The position numbers and the translations under genes were made by a program. Below the pieces are notes generated by a model that saw only the letters and a program-made list of their open reading frames with translations, did no database searches and had not been told where the DNA came from. Shown here piece after piece: positions 10,732 through 21,995 of a stretch of DNA of 64,000 nucleotides (within the stretch, counting starts at the first letter, position 1; each line of letters opens with the position of its first letter). The stretch is from an uncultured Gemmatimonadaceae bacterium (GTDB taxonomy: Bacteria; Gemmatimonadota; Gemmatimonadetes; Gemmatimonadales; Gemmatimonadaceae), in assembly GCA_963716745.1 (NCBI GenBank), contig OY970320.1, forward strand, positions 3,228,297 to 3,292,296. Reading direction: 5' to 3'.

Positions 10732-12108
10732 ATGTCCCGCAGCCTCACGCCCGGCATTCCCAGGCGCATCCGGTCATACAGTGCGCTCGGCGCCCTCGTG
10801 GTGCTGGCTTCAACTCTCGGTGCGCAGGCCGCCGCCGCGCCGGACACCACGACGGCGCGATCAACCGGCCTCCCGAAGGCGATCGAGTGGACCTTCAACT
10901 TCGATGCCGGCGCCGGATACTTCGGCTTCGGGAATTCCCTCTACACGAACGTGCGCCCCGATCCCTCGGGCAATCTGAGCGAGAATTGGATCGAGGCCTA
11001 CGCGAAGCCCGCACTCACCGGCGTGTGGCACACGGGAAAGAGCGAGTGGGTCGGTAAGCTGAGCGTCGTGGGCGAGGGCACGTACTCCGCGCCGCCGCCG
11101 ATCGTCGGCGGCGAGGCGCAGTCGTTCGGCCTCGAGGACGCGTACATCAAGTGGAACTCCGGCACGTCGCTCGGCATCGGCGAGAACGCGCTCTCGTTCA
11201 CCGCCGGCCGCGCGTCGTACACGATCGGTCACGGCATGCTCATCTGGGATGGCGCGGCGGAAGGCGGCAGTTACGGCGGATTCTGGAGCAACGCGCGCAA
11301 AGCGTGGGCCTTCGCTGGACTCGCGACGTTCGCGCCCGCGCACAACAATCTCACGGGGTTCTACCTCGATCGCGCCGAGCTGCCCGAGGCGAAGACCGAC
11401 ACGCGTCTGTACGGCTTGAACTATGAATGGTCTCCCACCGAGGTCACGACGCTCGGCGCGACGTATGCGCATATCATGGCCAACCCCGACGTGAAGCCCG
11501 ACCGCGACGGCGAGAACCTATACGACCTGCGCGCGTTCACGGCGCCGTTCAAGAGCCTGCCCGATTTGTCGTTCGAGCTCGAGTGGGCGAAAGAGCAGAA
11601 CGGGAGCCTGCTCAGTTCCACGGCGTGGAACGCGCAGGCCTCGTACGCCCTGAGCAAGGTGACGTGGAAGCCTACGATCTCGTACCGCTACGCCATCTTC
11701 CAAGGCGACAACCCGAACACCACCACGAACGAGAATTTCGATCCGCTGCTGCCCGGGTTCTATGACTGGGGCACGTGGTGGCAGGGCGAGATCGCGGGCG
11801 AGTACTTCCTCGCGAACTCGAACCTCATCTCCTCGCGCGTGCGTATTCACGTCACGCCCAGCGCGTCGGTGTCGGGCGGGCTCATGGGATACGTCTTCAG
11901 CCTGGACAACAAGGCGAGCTTCTCGCCGCTCGCGACGTCGAGCGCTCTCGTGAACGAGCTCGATGCCTACACCGACTGGAAGGCGGACAAGAACTTCACC
12001 TTCAGCTTCGTCCTGTCGATCGCGCACCCACAGAAGGCGATCCAGGAGGTCTACGACCGGACGGCGAACTTCACCTACGGAATGATCTATGTCGCGTACA
12101 CGTACTGA
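10732..12108 (+). CDS. Outer-membrane beta-barrel porin (alginate-export-like)
   Basis: RBS GGAGG, signal peptide, amphipathic strands, FDPL..GFYDWGTW motif, C-terminal aromatic residue (YTY). Confidence 0.75.
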   Translation: MSRSLTPGIPRRIRSYSALGALVVLASTLGAQAAAAPDTTTARSTGLPKAIEWTFNFDAGAGYFGFGNSLYTNVRPDPSGNLSENWIEAYAKPALTGVWHTGKSEWVGKLSVVGEGTYSAPPPIVGGEAQSFGLEDAYIKWNSGTSLGIGENALSFTAGRASYTIGHGMLIWDGAAEGGSYGGFWSNARKAWAFAGLATFAPAHNNLTGFYLDRAELPEAKTDTRLYGLNYEWSPTEVTTLGATYAHIMANPDVKPDRDGENLYDLRAFTAPFKSLPDLSFELEWAKEQNGSLLSSTAWNAQASYALSKVTWKPTISYRYAIFQGDNPNTTTNENFDPLLPGFYDWGTWWQGEIAGEYFLANSNLISSRVRIHVTPSASVSGGLMGYVFSLDNKASFSPLATSSALVNELDAYTDWKADKNFTFSFVLSIAHPQKAIQEVYDRTANFTYGMIYVAYTY

Positions 12109-12132
12109 CCGGACCGCCGGCGGAGCCGCGCG

Positions 12133-14440
12133 GTGATATCGCAGGGCGGGCGGCCGAGGATGCGCCGCGTCCTCATGGTGGATGATGGGTTGACGGAATC
12201 CGGGACCGCGGCGGGCCGCGCGGTGCGCGCGCTCGCGGAGGAGATGCGCGGACGCGGCCTCGACGTGGTGGAGGCGATGTCGTACGAGGATGGTACGGCT
12301 ACGATCATCTCCGACGCGGCGATCCACGCCGTGTTCATCAACTGGTCGCTCGGCAGCGACGACAAGAAATCGCACAAGAAGGCGACCGACCTCCTGCGCA
12401 CGGTGCGCAAGCGCAACGAGCGGGTGCCCGTCTTCCTCATGGCCGATCGCGCGCTCGCCGGTACGATCACGATCGAGGTCGCGCGCATCGCCGATGAGTT
12501 CGTCTGGATCCTCGAGGACACGGCCGCGTTCGTCGGCGGCCGCGCGGTGGCGGCGGTCGAGCGCTACATCGCGCAGCTGCTGCCGCCATTCGCCGCGGCG
12601 CTGGCGCGCTACGATCGCGACACGTGAGTACTCGTGGGCGGCGCCGGGCCACCAGGGCGGTGTGGCGTTCCTCAAGTCGACCGTCGGCCGCGCGTTCTAC
12701 GATTTCTACGGCGAGAATCTCTTCCGCACCGACATGGGCATCGAGCGCGGTTCGCTCGGCTCCCTGCTCGGGCACACCGGACCCATTGGCGAGAGCGAGC
12801 GCTACGCGGCGCGCGTGTTCGGCGCGCACCGTTCGTACTCCGTGCTCAACGGCACGTCGGGCTCGAATCGCTCGATCATGTCGGCCTGCGTGGGCGACCT
12901 GGAGATCGCGCTCTGCGACCGCAACTGTCACAAGTCCATCGAGCAGGCGCTGGTGCTCACCGGCGGCATTCCCGTCTTCCTGAGCCCCACGCGGAATCGC
13001 TACGGCATCATCGGACCCATCAAGCCCGAGTCGCTCGAGCCGCCGGCGATCGCGAAGAGCATCAAGGCGAACCCGCTCGCGAAGAGCGCGGTGAGCGACA
13101 AGCCGGTGTACGCCGTGCTCACCAACTGCACGTACGATGGCATGTGCTACGACGCGTCGGATGCGCAGGACCGTCTGGCGAAGAGCACCGACCGCATCCA
13201 CTTCGACGAAGCGTGGTACGGCTACGCGCGCTTCAATCCGATGTATCGCGAGCGGTACGCAATGCGGGGCGATCCGGCGAAGCATCCCAAGGATGGCCCG
13301 ACGGTTTTCGCGACGCATTCCACGCACAAGCTGCTCGCCGCGCTCTCGCAGACGTCGTACATCCACATCCGCGACGGCAAGGGCGCGATCGACCACGGGC
13401 GATTCAACGAGGCGTACTGCTCGCAGGCGAGCACCTCGCCGCTCTATGCGCTCATCGCGAGCAACAATGTGGCCGCCGCGATGATGGACGGCCCCGCCGG
13501 CGAAGTACTCACGCAGGAAGTGATCGACGAAGCGGTGGCGTGCCGGCTCGCGGTTGCGCGCATCCAGCAGGAGTTCAAGGCGAAGAAGGAATGGTTCTTC
13601 GCGCCCTGGAACGCGGAGACGATCAGAGACAAGAAGACCGGCAAGCGCGTTCCCTTCCACCAGGTGCCGGCGCACCGCCTCGCGCACGATCCCGAGTGCT
13701 GGGTGCTGCATCCCGGCGAGGACTGGCACGGCTTCGACGGCATTCCCGACGGCTGGTGCATGCTCGATCCGATCAAATTCGGCATCGTGTGCCCCGGCAT
13801 GAAGAAGAACGGCGAGCTCGATGCGAGCGGCATTCCCGCCGACGTCGTGAGCGCCTACCTCAGCCGGAGCGGCATCGTCCCCTCGCGCACCACCGATCAC
13901 ATGGTGCTCTTCCTCTTCTCCGTCGGCGTCACGAAGGGGAAGTGGGGCACGCTCATCAACGCGCTCCTCGATTTCAAAAAGGACTACGATCGCAACGCGC
14001 CGCTGGCCGAGGTGGTGCCGCACGTCGCGACGGCGGGCGGCGCGCGCTACGCGGGCATGGGGCTCAGAGATCTCGCCAACGAGATGTGGGGCCACATGCG
14101 AAAGAGCAAACAGGGTGAGTGGCAGGCGAAAGCGTACGCGCAGCTGCCCACGCCCATGATGACGCCGCGCCGCGCCTTCCAGCGGCTCATGGCCGGCAAG
14201 GCGGAGAAGGTGCCGCTCTCGAAGATGGCGGGGCGCACGGTGGCGGTGGGCGTGATCCCGTATCCGCCCGGCATTCCCATCGTGATGCCCGGCGAGAGTG
14301 CCGGCGCCAACGATGGACCGTGGCTCACCTATTTGCGCGCCTGTCAGGAATTCGGTGAGCACTTCCCCGGATTCGCGAAGGAAGTGGAGGGGACGGAGGA
14401 AGTGAAGGGCGAATACCACATTTACTGCCTCACGAAGTAG
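12133..14440 (+). CDS. PLP-dependent Orn/Lys/Arg decarboxylase 1 (AdiA-like); frameshift near 12624
   Basis: Receiver-like wing domain; YSWAAPGHQGG, DRNCHKS, HFDEAW, THSTHKLL (PLP Lys), LDPIK, PYPPGIP. Confidence 0.93.
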
Positions 14441-14487
14441 GGATCGCGTTCCCGATCCGGCGGACGGCACCTAAAGAGGGGGAGACC

Positions 14488-15829
14488 GTGGAAGAATCCA
14501 AGAAAAAGATGTCCGTGGTGCAGCTCACGTTCATCGTCGCGGTGAACATGATGGGCTCCGGCATCATCATGCTCCCCGCGAACATGGCGCAGGTGGGCGC
14601 GATCTCGCTGCTGTCGTGGATCGTGACGGCGGTGGGATCGATGGCCATCGCCTACGGCTTCGCGCAGGCGGGCATCTTCAACCAGCGTGCCGGCGGTATG
14701 GCCGCGTACGCCGAGGATGCATACGGGAAGGACGGATACTTCCAGGTGTTCTTCCTGTACTTCCTCTCGCTCGCGATCGGCAACGTCGCGATCGGGATCT
14801 CGGCGGTCGGCTATCTCTCGACGTTCTTCCCCTTCATGTCGAGTACGCCGATCTTCACCTGCATCAGCGTGATCGGGCTGCTCTGGCTCACCACCGTCGC
14901 GAACTTCGGCGGCCCGTCGGTGACGGGCAAGATCGGGTCCGTCACCGTGTGGGGCGTGCTCCTGCCCGTCGGATTCCTCTCGTTCGCGGGCTGGTTCTGG
15001 TTCAGCGGGGCGACGTTCAGGGAAGCGTGGAACCCGCAGGGACTCAGCATCGGCGCGGGCATGAGCTCCAGCATCTCGCTCACGCTCTGGGCCTTCCTCG
15101 GGATGGAATCGGCGGCGCAGAACTCGTCCGCCGTCGAGAATCCCAAGCGCGATGTGCCGCTCGCCTGTCTCTTCGGCACGCTCGGCGCGGCGGTGATCTA
15201 CATCCTGTCCACCGCGGTGATCCAGGGGATCGTGCCCAACGCGGAGCTCGCGAAGTCCACCGGGCCCTTCGGGCTCGCCTTCGCGCACATGTTCAATCCG
15301 GTCGTCGGCCAGATCGTGATGGGGCTGTCGGTGATGGCCTGCGTCGGCTCGCTGCTCGGCTGGCAGTTCACGATCGCGCAGACGGGGAAGGACGCGGCGG
15401 AGATGAAGATGTTCCCGCAGTTCTTCACGAAGATCAACAAGCTGGGCGCCCCGATCACCGGCATGATCGTGCTCGGGGTGGTGCAGTCGCTGCTCGCACT
15501 CTCCACGATCTCGCCGAGCCTGAGCGAGCAGTTCGGCGTGCTGGTGAACTTGGCGGTGGTCACGAACGTGATCCCGTACGTCGTGTCGCTCTCCGCGATC
15601 GTCGTGATGATGAAGAGCGCCGGCGTGGACAAGAGCACGTACAATCGCAACGTGGCGATCACATTGATCGCGATGCTGTACAGCGTGTTCGCGCTCTACG
15701 CGTCGGGCAAGGACGCGGTCATGGGCGGCATGCTGGTCATGGGGATCGCGCTACATCATCTGGGGCTTCATCGCGCCCCGCTTCGTCTCGAAGACTCCGG
15801 CTGCGGGCGCTGCGTCCGCGAAGGCATGA
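14488..15829 (+). CDS. potE: Putrescine/ornithine antiporter (APC family); frameshift near 15750
   Basis: KMSVVQLT...NMMGSGIIMLP matches the PotE N-terminus; LWAFLGMES, VENPKRDVP; shifted frame ends YIIWGFIAPRF...KA*. Confidence 0.8.
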
Positions 15830-15864
15830 CCATGCGCACCGCAACCGTCGAAAGGAGAGGTTCC

Positions 15865-16814
15865 ATGTCACGCATCGAACGCCTTGCACGCCACACTGCC
15901 TGCGCGATCATGTCGCTCACCGTCGCCGTCGCGCTGGCGGCGCAGGCGGCGAAGCCCGCGGTGAAGGTCACGACGTCGAACCCGGTCTCCGACCGGATCA
16001 AGTCCACCGGCACCGTGCGCTTCGGCTACCGCAATGACGCGAGCCCGTTCTCGTTCAAGGATCCGTCGGGGAACCCGGCCGGATTCTCGGTGGAGCTCTG
16101 TCAGAAGATCGCCGAGGGGCTCAAGACCGAACTGAACCTCACGAATCTGAAGATCGAGTGGGTGCCGCTCACGCTCGACGAGCGGCTCGTCGGCGGTGGA
16201 GACCGACAAGGTGGATCTCCTCTGCGGGGCGGAGACGATCTCGCTCACCAAGCGCGAGACGATGACCTTCTCGATCCCGATCTTCCCGAGCGGCGTCGGC
16301 GCGCTGCTGCGCGTCGACGCCGCGCCGCGGCTCGTCGAGGTCCTGAGCGGCACGCCGCAGACGAGTCCGGTGTGGCGCGCGCAGGCCGGCCAGCTGATCA
16401 ACGTGCAGAAGTTCGCCGTCGTGAACGGCACCACGGCGGAGACCGTGGATCGCCTCGAAGCTCAAGACGCTGAACCTCACGGCGAAGGTGGCCACGGTGA
16501 GCACGTACGCGGAAGGCGTGCAGCAGGTGCTCGACGGCACGACCAACGTCTTCTTCGGCGACCGCGCCATCCTGCTGGATGCCAAGATCCACAATGACAA
16601 GGGGAAGAACCTCCAGGTGCTCGTCACGGTTCTTCACGTACGAGTCGCTCGCGCTGCCATGGCTCGCGGCGACCGCGAGCTCCTGCTGGCCGTGGACCGT
16701 TCGCTGAGCCGGCTCTACTGGACGCAGGATTTCCGCGCCATGTACGTGAAGTGGTTCGGGAACCCGAACATGAACGTCATGAACTTCTACCGGTGGAATG
16801 CCCTGCCGGAATGA
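15865..16814 (+). CDS. Amino-acid solute-binding protein (SBP_bac_3, GltI-like); several frameshifts
   Basis: RBS AAGGAGAGG; DRIKSTGTVRFGYRNDASPFSF, GFSVELC, KVDLLCG, FFGDRAIL, YVKWFG. Confidence 0.82.
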
Positions 16815-16839
16815 TCGAAGATCACGGGGAGACTGTGAA

Positions 16840-19160
16840 ATGCTGACAGGCGGAAGCAAGCGGGTGAGCCTGCGGGCGCTCGTCGTGGATGACGAGCTGC
16901 CCGCCGCCACCGCCGATGGCCGGGCCGCGCGCGCCCTCGTGCAGGAACTGCAAGTCGCGGGGCATCGACGTGGTGGAGGCCGTCTCCGCCGACGATGGGA
17001 TGTCCGTCGTGATCTCCGACTCCGCGCTCCACGCGATCCTGGTGGACTGGACGCTGGACGACGACAAGAAGCACGCGAAGGCGGCGAAGCTGATCAAGTT
17101 CGTGCGCTCGCGCAACGACAAGATCCCGATCTTCCTGATGGCGGAGCGCGGAGAGGCCTCGTCCATCCCCACCGACGTGATGGAGGCGGTGGACGAGTTC
17201 ATCTGGACGCTCGAGGACACCGCGGCGTTCATCGGCGGGCGGGTGATGGCGGCGATCCGCCGCTACATCGAGGTGATGCTCCCGCCGCTCGCGGGCGCGC
17301 TCATGAAGTTCACGCCAGGAGTACGAATACTCCTGGCACACGCCGGGACACACCGGGGGCACCGCGTTCCTCAAGTCTCCGGTGGGCCGCGTCTTCTTCG
17401 ACTACTTCGGCGAGAACCTGCTGCGGTCGGACCTCTCGATCAGCGTGGGCGCGCTGGGCTCGCTGCTCGACCACAGCGGCCCGATCGGCGAGCACGAGCG
17501 GTACGCGGCGCGCGTGTTCGGCGCGCACCGCACCTACAGCGTCACGAACGGCACGTCCACGTCGAACCGGGTGATCTGGGCCGCGGCCGTCGGCGCGGGA
17601 CAGATCGCGCTCTGCGACCGCAACTGTCACAAGTCGATCGAGCACAGCCTCGTGATGGGCGGCGGCATCCCGCAGTACCTCGTGCCGCTGCGCAATCGCT
17701 ACGGCATCATCGGGCCCATTCCGCCCGAGCGCATCAACAAGCAGGCGATCGCCGCCGGGATCAAGGCGAACACGCTCGTGCCCGCGGGCGCGGACACCAA
17801 GCCCGTGTACGCCGTGATCACGAACTCCACGTACGACGGCCTCTGCTACAACGCGAAGCGCGTGCAGGAGCTGTTCGAGCCGAGCGTGGACCGCATCCAT
17901 TTCGACGAGGCGTGGTACGCCTACGCGCGCTTCAACCCGATCTACCGCGACCGCCACGCGATGCACGGCGACCCGAAGGACCACAAGGGCCCCACGATCT
18001 TCGCCACCCACTCCACGCACAAGCTGCTCGCGGCGCTCTCGCAGGCGTCGTTCCTGCACATTCGCGACGGACGCGGCGCGATCCCGCACGCGCGATTCAA
18101 CGAAGCGTTCATGATGCACGCCTCCACGTCGCCGTTCTATCCGATCATCGTCTCGAACGATGTGACGGCGGCGATGATGGACGGTCCCGGCGGCCTCGCG
18201 CTCACGAGCGAGTCCATCGAGGAAGCGGTGGCCTTCCGGCAGGCGATGGGCCGCGTGCACCGCGAGTTCGCGAAGAAGAAGGAGTGGTTCTTCAACACCT
18301 GGAACGCCGACAGAGTCAGCGTGGGGAAGGGGAAACGGCGAAGAAGGTCGCGTTCGCCGACGCGCCGCCCGAATTCCTCGCCACCGATCCCGAGGCGTGG
18401 GTGCTGCACCCGGGCGACAAGTGGCACGGCTTCGGGGACCTCGAAGACGGCTACTGCATGCTCGACCCGATCAAGGTGTCGATCATCACGCCGGGCGTGA
18501 GCGATTCGGGCGGCCTCGACAAGTGGGGCATCCCGGCGACGCTGGTCACGGCCTATCTGCACAACCGCGGCGTGGAAGTGGAGAAGACCACGGACTTCAC
18601 CATCCTCTTCCTCTTCTCGATCGGCATCACCAAGGGCAAGTGGGGCACGCTGCTCAACGCGCTGCTCGATTTCAAGCGCGACTACGACGAGAACGCCCCG
18701 CTGGCCGACGTGCTGCCCGAGGTGCTCGCCGGCCGTCACGAGCGCTACGGCACGATGGGGCTGCGCGATCTGGGCCAGACCAGATGTTCGCGATGCTCAA
18801 GAAGACGCAGCAGACGCACTGGCTCGCGCGAGGCGTTCTCGACGCTGCCGATGGCCGCGATGACCCCGCAGGCGGCCTACCAGCAGCTGGTGCGCGGACC
18901 AGATCGAGCACGTGCCGCTCGACAAGCTCGCCGATCGCGTGCTCGCGACGAGCGTCGTGCCGTATCCGCCGGGGATCCCGATGCTCATGCCCGGCGAGTA
19001 CACCGGCGCGGCCGACGGACCGTACCTCGGCTACCTCAGGGCGCTCGCGGAGTGGGATGCGGCGTTCCCCGGCTTCGGGCACGACACGCACGGCGTCGAG
19101 AACCGCGACGGCGTGTACTACGTCCAGTGCCTGAAGAAGGGCGCCACGGCGAAGGGCTGA
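16840..19160 (+). CDS. PLP-dependent Orn/Lys/Arg decarboxylase 2; multiple frameshifts
   Basis: LRALVVDDEL wing, YSWHTPGHTGG, RSDLSISV..LGSLLDHSGP, THSTHKLL, LDPIKV, PYPPGIP across frames. Confidence 0.9.
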
Positions 19161-19167
19161 TCGCGAC

Positions 19168-20515
19168 GTGAGCGAACCCGGGCAGAAGATGTCGCTGGTG
19201 CAGGCCACGATGCTCGTGGCCGGCAACATGATCGGCACCGGGCATCTTCCTCCTGCCGAGTCGACCTGGCATCGGTGGGCGGCATCGCGGTCTTCGGCTG
19301 GATCGTCGCCACCGTCGGCGCCGCGCGCGCTCGGCCTCGTGCTTCGCCAAGCTGGGAGAGCTGGATCCGCAGGAAGGCGGACCCTACGCCTACGCGCGCG
19401 ATTTCCTCGGTCCGTACGTCGGCTTCCAGACCAACTACGTCTACTGGTTCGGCAACTGGATCGGCAACATCGCGATCGCGGTGGCCGCGGTGGGCTACCT
19501 CGCGGAATTCATTCCCGGCGATCAGCACGCCCGCCGGCGAGCGTCTTCGCCACCGCGGGGGTGATCTGGCTGCTCACGTTCGCCAACATCCGGGGCCCGC
19601 GGGTGGTCGGGGCGCTCGAGACCTGGACCATGCGCTCGCGCTGATCCCGATCCTCGGGATCGCGTTCCTCGGCTGGTTCTGGTTCGACCCCGCGATCTTC
19701 CACGCCGAGCTGGAACGTGAGCGGCGGATCGAACGCGCACGCCGATCTCGCGCGCCGCGTCGATCGCGCTCTGGGCGTACATGGGCGTCGAGAGCGCGGC
19801 CGTGTCGGCCGGCGTGATCGAGAACCCGAAGCGCAACATTCCCCTCGCCACGCTCATCGGCCTCGGCGATCGCGGCGGTCGTCTACATGCTGAGCTCGAC
19901 CGTGATCATGGGGATCATTCCCGAACGCGGAGCTGCAGACGTCGCACGCGCCGTTCGCCGAGGCGGCGCGCATCGCGCTCGGCACGCCGGCGGTGGTGAT
20001 CATCGCGATCTGCGCGATTCTCAAGTCGGTCGGGTCGCTCGGCGGATGGATGCTGCTCGTGGGCCAGAGCGCCAAGGCGGCGGCGGACGACGGCATGTTC
20101 CCGGCCGTCTTCGGCAAAGTCAACAAGCACGGCGTGCCCGGGCGCGGGCCTCGTGATCGTGGGCGTGCTGATGACGATCGTGCTGTTCGCGACCATGTCG
20201 CCCACCATCGCCGGCCAGTTCAACCGGATCATCGATCTCGCGGTGATCCTCGATCGTGATCCCGTACATCTACTCCGTCGGTCGCGGTGGTGAAGGTCGT
20301 GCACGACCACAAGCTGCTCGAACCGCACCTTCCAGACGTTCAAGGGCATCGCGATCGTCGCCGTGGTGTACTGCCTGTGGACGATCATGGGCGGCGATCC
20401 GGGCACGGTGGTGAACGCGATGGTGGCGCTGCTCATCAGCGTGCCGCTCTACCCGTTCTTCATCGCGAGCATGGAAAAGGCGGCGAAGGAGAAGAAGAAC
20501 GCGCGCACAGCGTAG
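19168..20515 (+). CDS. AdiC/CadB-type amino acid/amine antiporter; multiple frameshifts
   Basis: GNMIGTG, GGPYAYAR, LWAYMGVES, IENPKRNIP, VGQSAKAAADDGMFP across frames. Confidence 0.85.
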
Positions 20516-20522
20516 CGCGGCG

Positions 20523-21298
20523 CTACGGCATCGCGCCGGTCGAGTCCTCGCGCTGGAGCAGCGTCACGAACGCGCGCAGTTCGGGGACAGCGAGGTCCGA
20601 GACCGCCCACCAGCTGTATTGCGGCGTCGTCCAGTGGACGAGATTGTAGCCGCGCGAGGTGGACTCCATCGCGCCCACATCAGATCCCCCGGCGGGCCAC
20701 ACGAAGACGTTGATCACGTGCTGCCGCCGCCCGTACACTAGTGCAGCCGCAGGGCGCCCGTCGACATAGTCGAGCCTTCCACCAAGCAGCGGATAGCCTT
20801 CGCCGGCGAAATCCTGCACCGGCGGCGAGAAATCGAGCTTCCCATTGAACCACGGCTTCACCGTGTGCTGATCGGTCGACAGCACGTCGGTGAGGTGGCC
20901 GGGCATGAGCGAACGGATATGACTGGTGAGCACCTGATCGGCGAGCGCCCTCGTGGCCGCGCGGTCCGCGCCGAGGCGCCAACTTCCGGCCGCCACGATC
21001 ATGAGCGAAGCGGCGAGTGCGAGCGGCCGCCAGAAGGCGGGCATCGCGGCGGCGGGCGCGCGCCGCGGCTCCGATTCATTCCCGAGCGCATCGCGAATGC
21101 GACGCTCCAGCGACTCCGGCGCCGTGAAGTTGGGGATCTCGGCGACGATCGCGCTTCGCAGGGCCGCGCTCTCGGCGCTCACGCGCCGGCAGTCCGCACA
21201 CCCGGCCAGATGTGCTTGCGAGCACCGCCGCCTGCGCGGGCGCCAGTTCGCCGTGGAGCTGCGCGTCGATCATCGCTTCGATGCTCGGGATGGCTCAT
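20523..21298 (-). CDS. Transmembrane anti-sigma factor with zinc-binding HxxxCxxC motif; 5' frameshifts
   Basis: HLAGCADC, one TM segment, DVLSTDQHTVKPWFNGKLDFSPPV, GGRLDY; directly downstream of the ECF sigma. Confidence 0.88.
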
Positions 21299-21299
21299 C

Positions 21300-21833
21300 T
21301 CATCGCTCACGGTTGGAGGCGGAGAGCGCTGCTTGCAGGCGCTTCCGCGCGCGGGACAGCCGGGACATCACCGTGCCCACGGGCACGCCCGTCACTTCGC
21401 TGATCTCGTCGTAGGACAGATCCTGCAATTCACGCAAGACGATCACCTCACGGAATTGCGGCGGCAAGAGCGCGAGCGCATCCGCGAGCGTCGCCTTCGC
21501 ATCACTCCGCAGCAGCGACGCCTCCGGATGCTCGCCGGCGATCGCGTCACTGTGCTGCTCCTCGTCGAATTCCGTCGTGAGCGCATCCGGCTTATGCCGC
21601 TGGCGCCACGTGTATGCCGTATGACGCACGATCGTGAGCAGCCAAGCTCGGGCATCGCGGTCCCCCGTGCCGCGAAAGCCTCCGAAATGCTTGAGCGCGC
21701 GCAGGAATGTCTGCTGCACGACATCCTCGGCGTCGTGCGGGTCGCGCGTCAAGTAACGCGCCAGCGTGTACGCGGCGCTCAGCTGTGGCAGCATCAAGGC
21801 ATCGAATCGCTCCCGTTCACTCGTGTTCAGCAC
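21300..21833 (-). CDS. ECF RNA polymerase sigma factor
   Basis: DAEDVVQ, RAWLLTIVR, LSYDEIS..GVPVGTVMSRLSRAR. Confidence 0.95.
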   Translation of the reverse strand: MLNTSERERFDALMLPQLSAAYTLARYLTRDPHDAEDVVQQTFLRALKHFGGFRGTGDRDARAWLLTIVRHTAYTWRQRHKPDALTTEFDEEQHSDAIAGEHPEASLLRSDAKATLADALALLPPQFREVIVLRELQDLSYDEISEVTGVPVGTVMSRLSRARKRLQAALSASNRER

Positions 21834-21881
21834 CGACTCTCGCAGGTGATGGTGGCGGCGGGGCGAGTCCTCCGATCAGTC

Positions 21882-21947
21882 AGACTCAGGGACCTCGAAC
21901 AATATTCCCGGATCGATGCCGGAATATTCCGGGCGCGGCGGCGGTCT
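21882..21947. promoter_or_regulatory. Back-to-back putative ECF promoters GGAATA-N16-RGTCT
   Basis: + strand GGAATA(21921)-N16-GGTCT; - strand GGAATA(21908)-N16-AGTCT. Confidence 0.65.
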
Positions 21948-21995
21948 GCTGGCGTGTTCCGATCCACACACCACTCCGCTGGAGGAATATCCCAG

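Noticed and set aside
12624..12630. Programmed frameshift between the wing and core domains of the decarboxylases
   Set aside because: No slippery sequence seen, and indels are widespread in the window
14488..16473. 661-aa antiporter-SBP fusion ORF
   Set aside because: Created by the frameshift near 15750; the antiporter has a natural end at 15829 and the SBP has its own RBS and signal peptide
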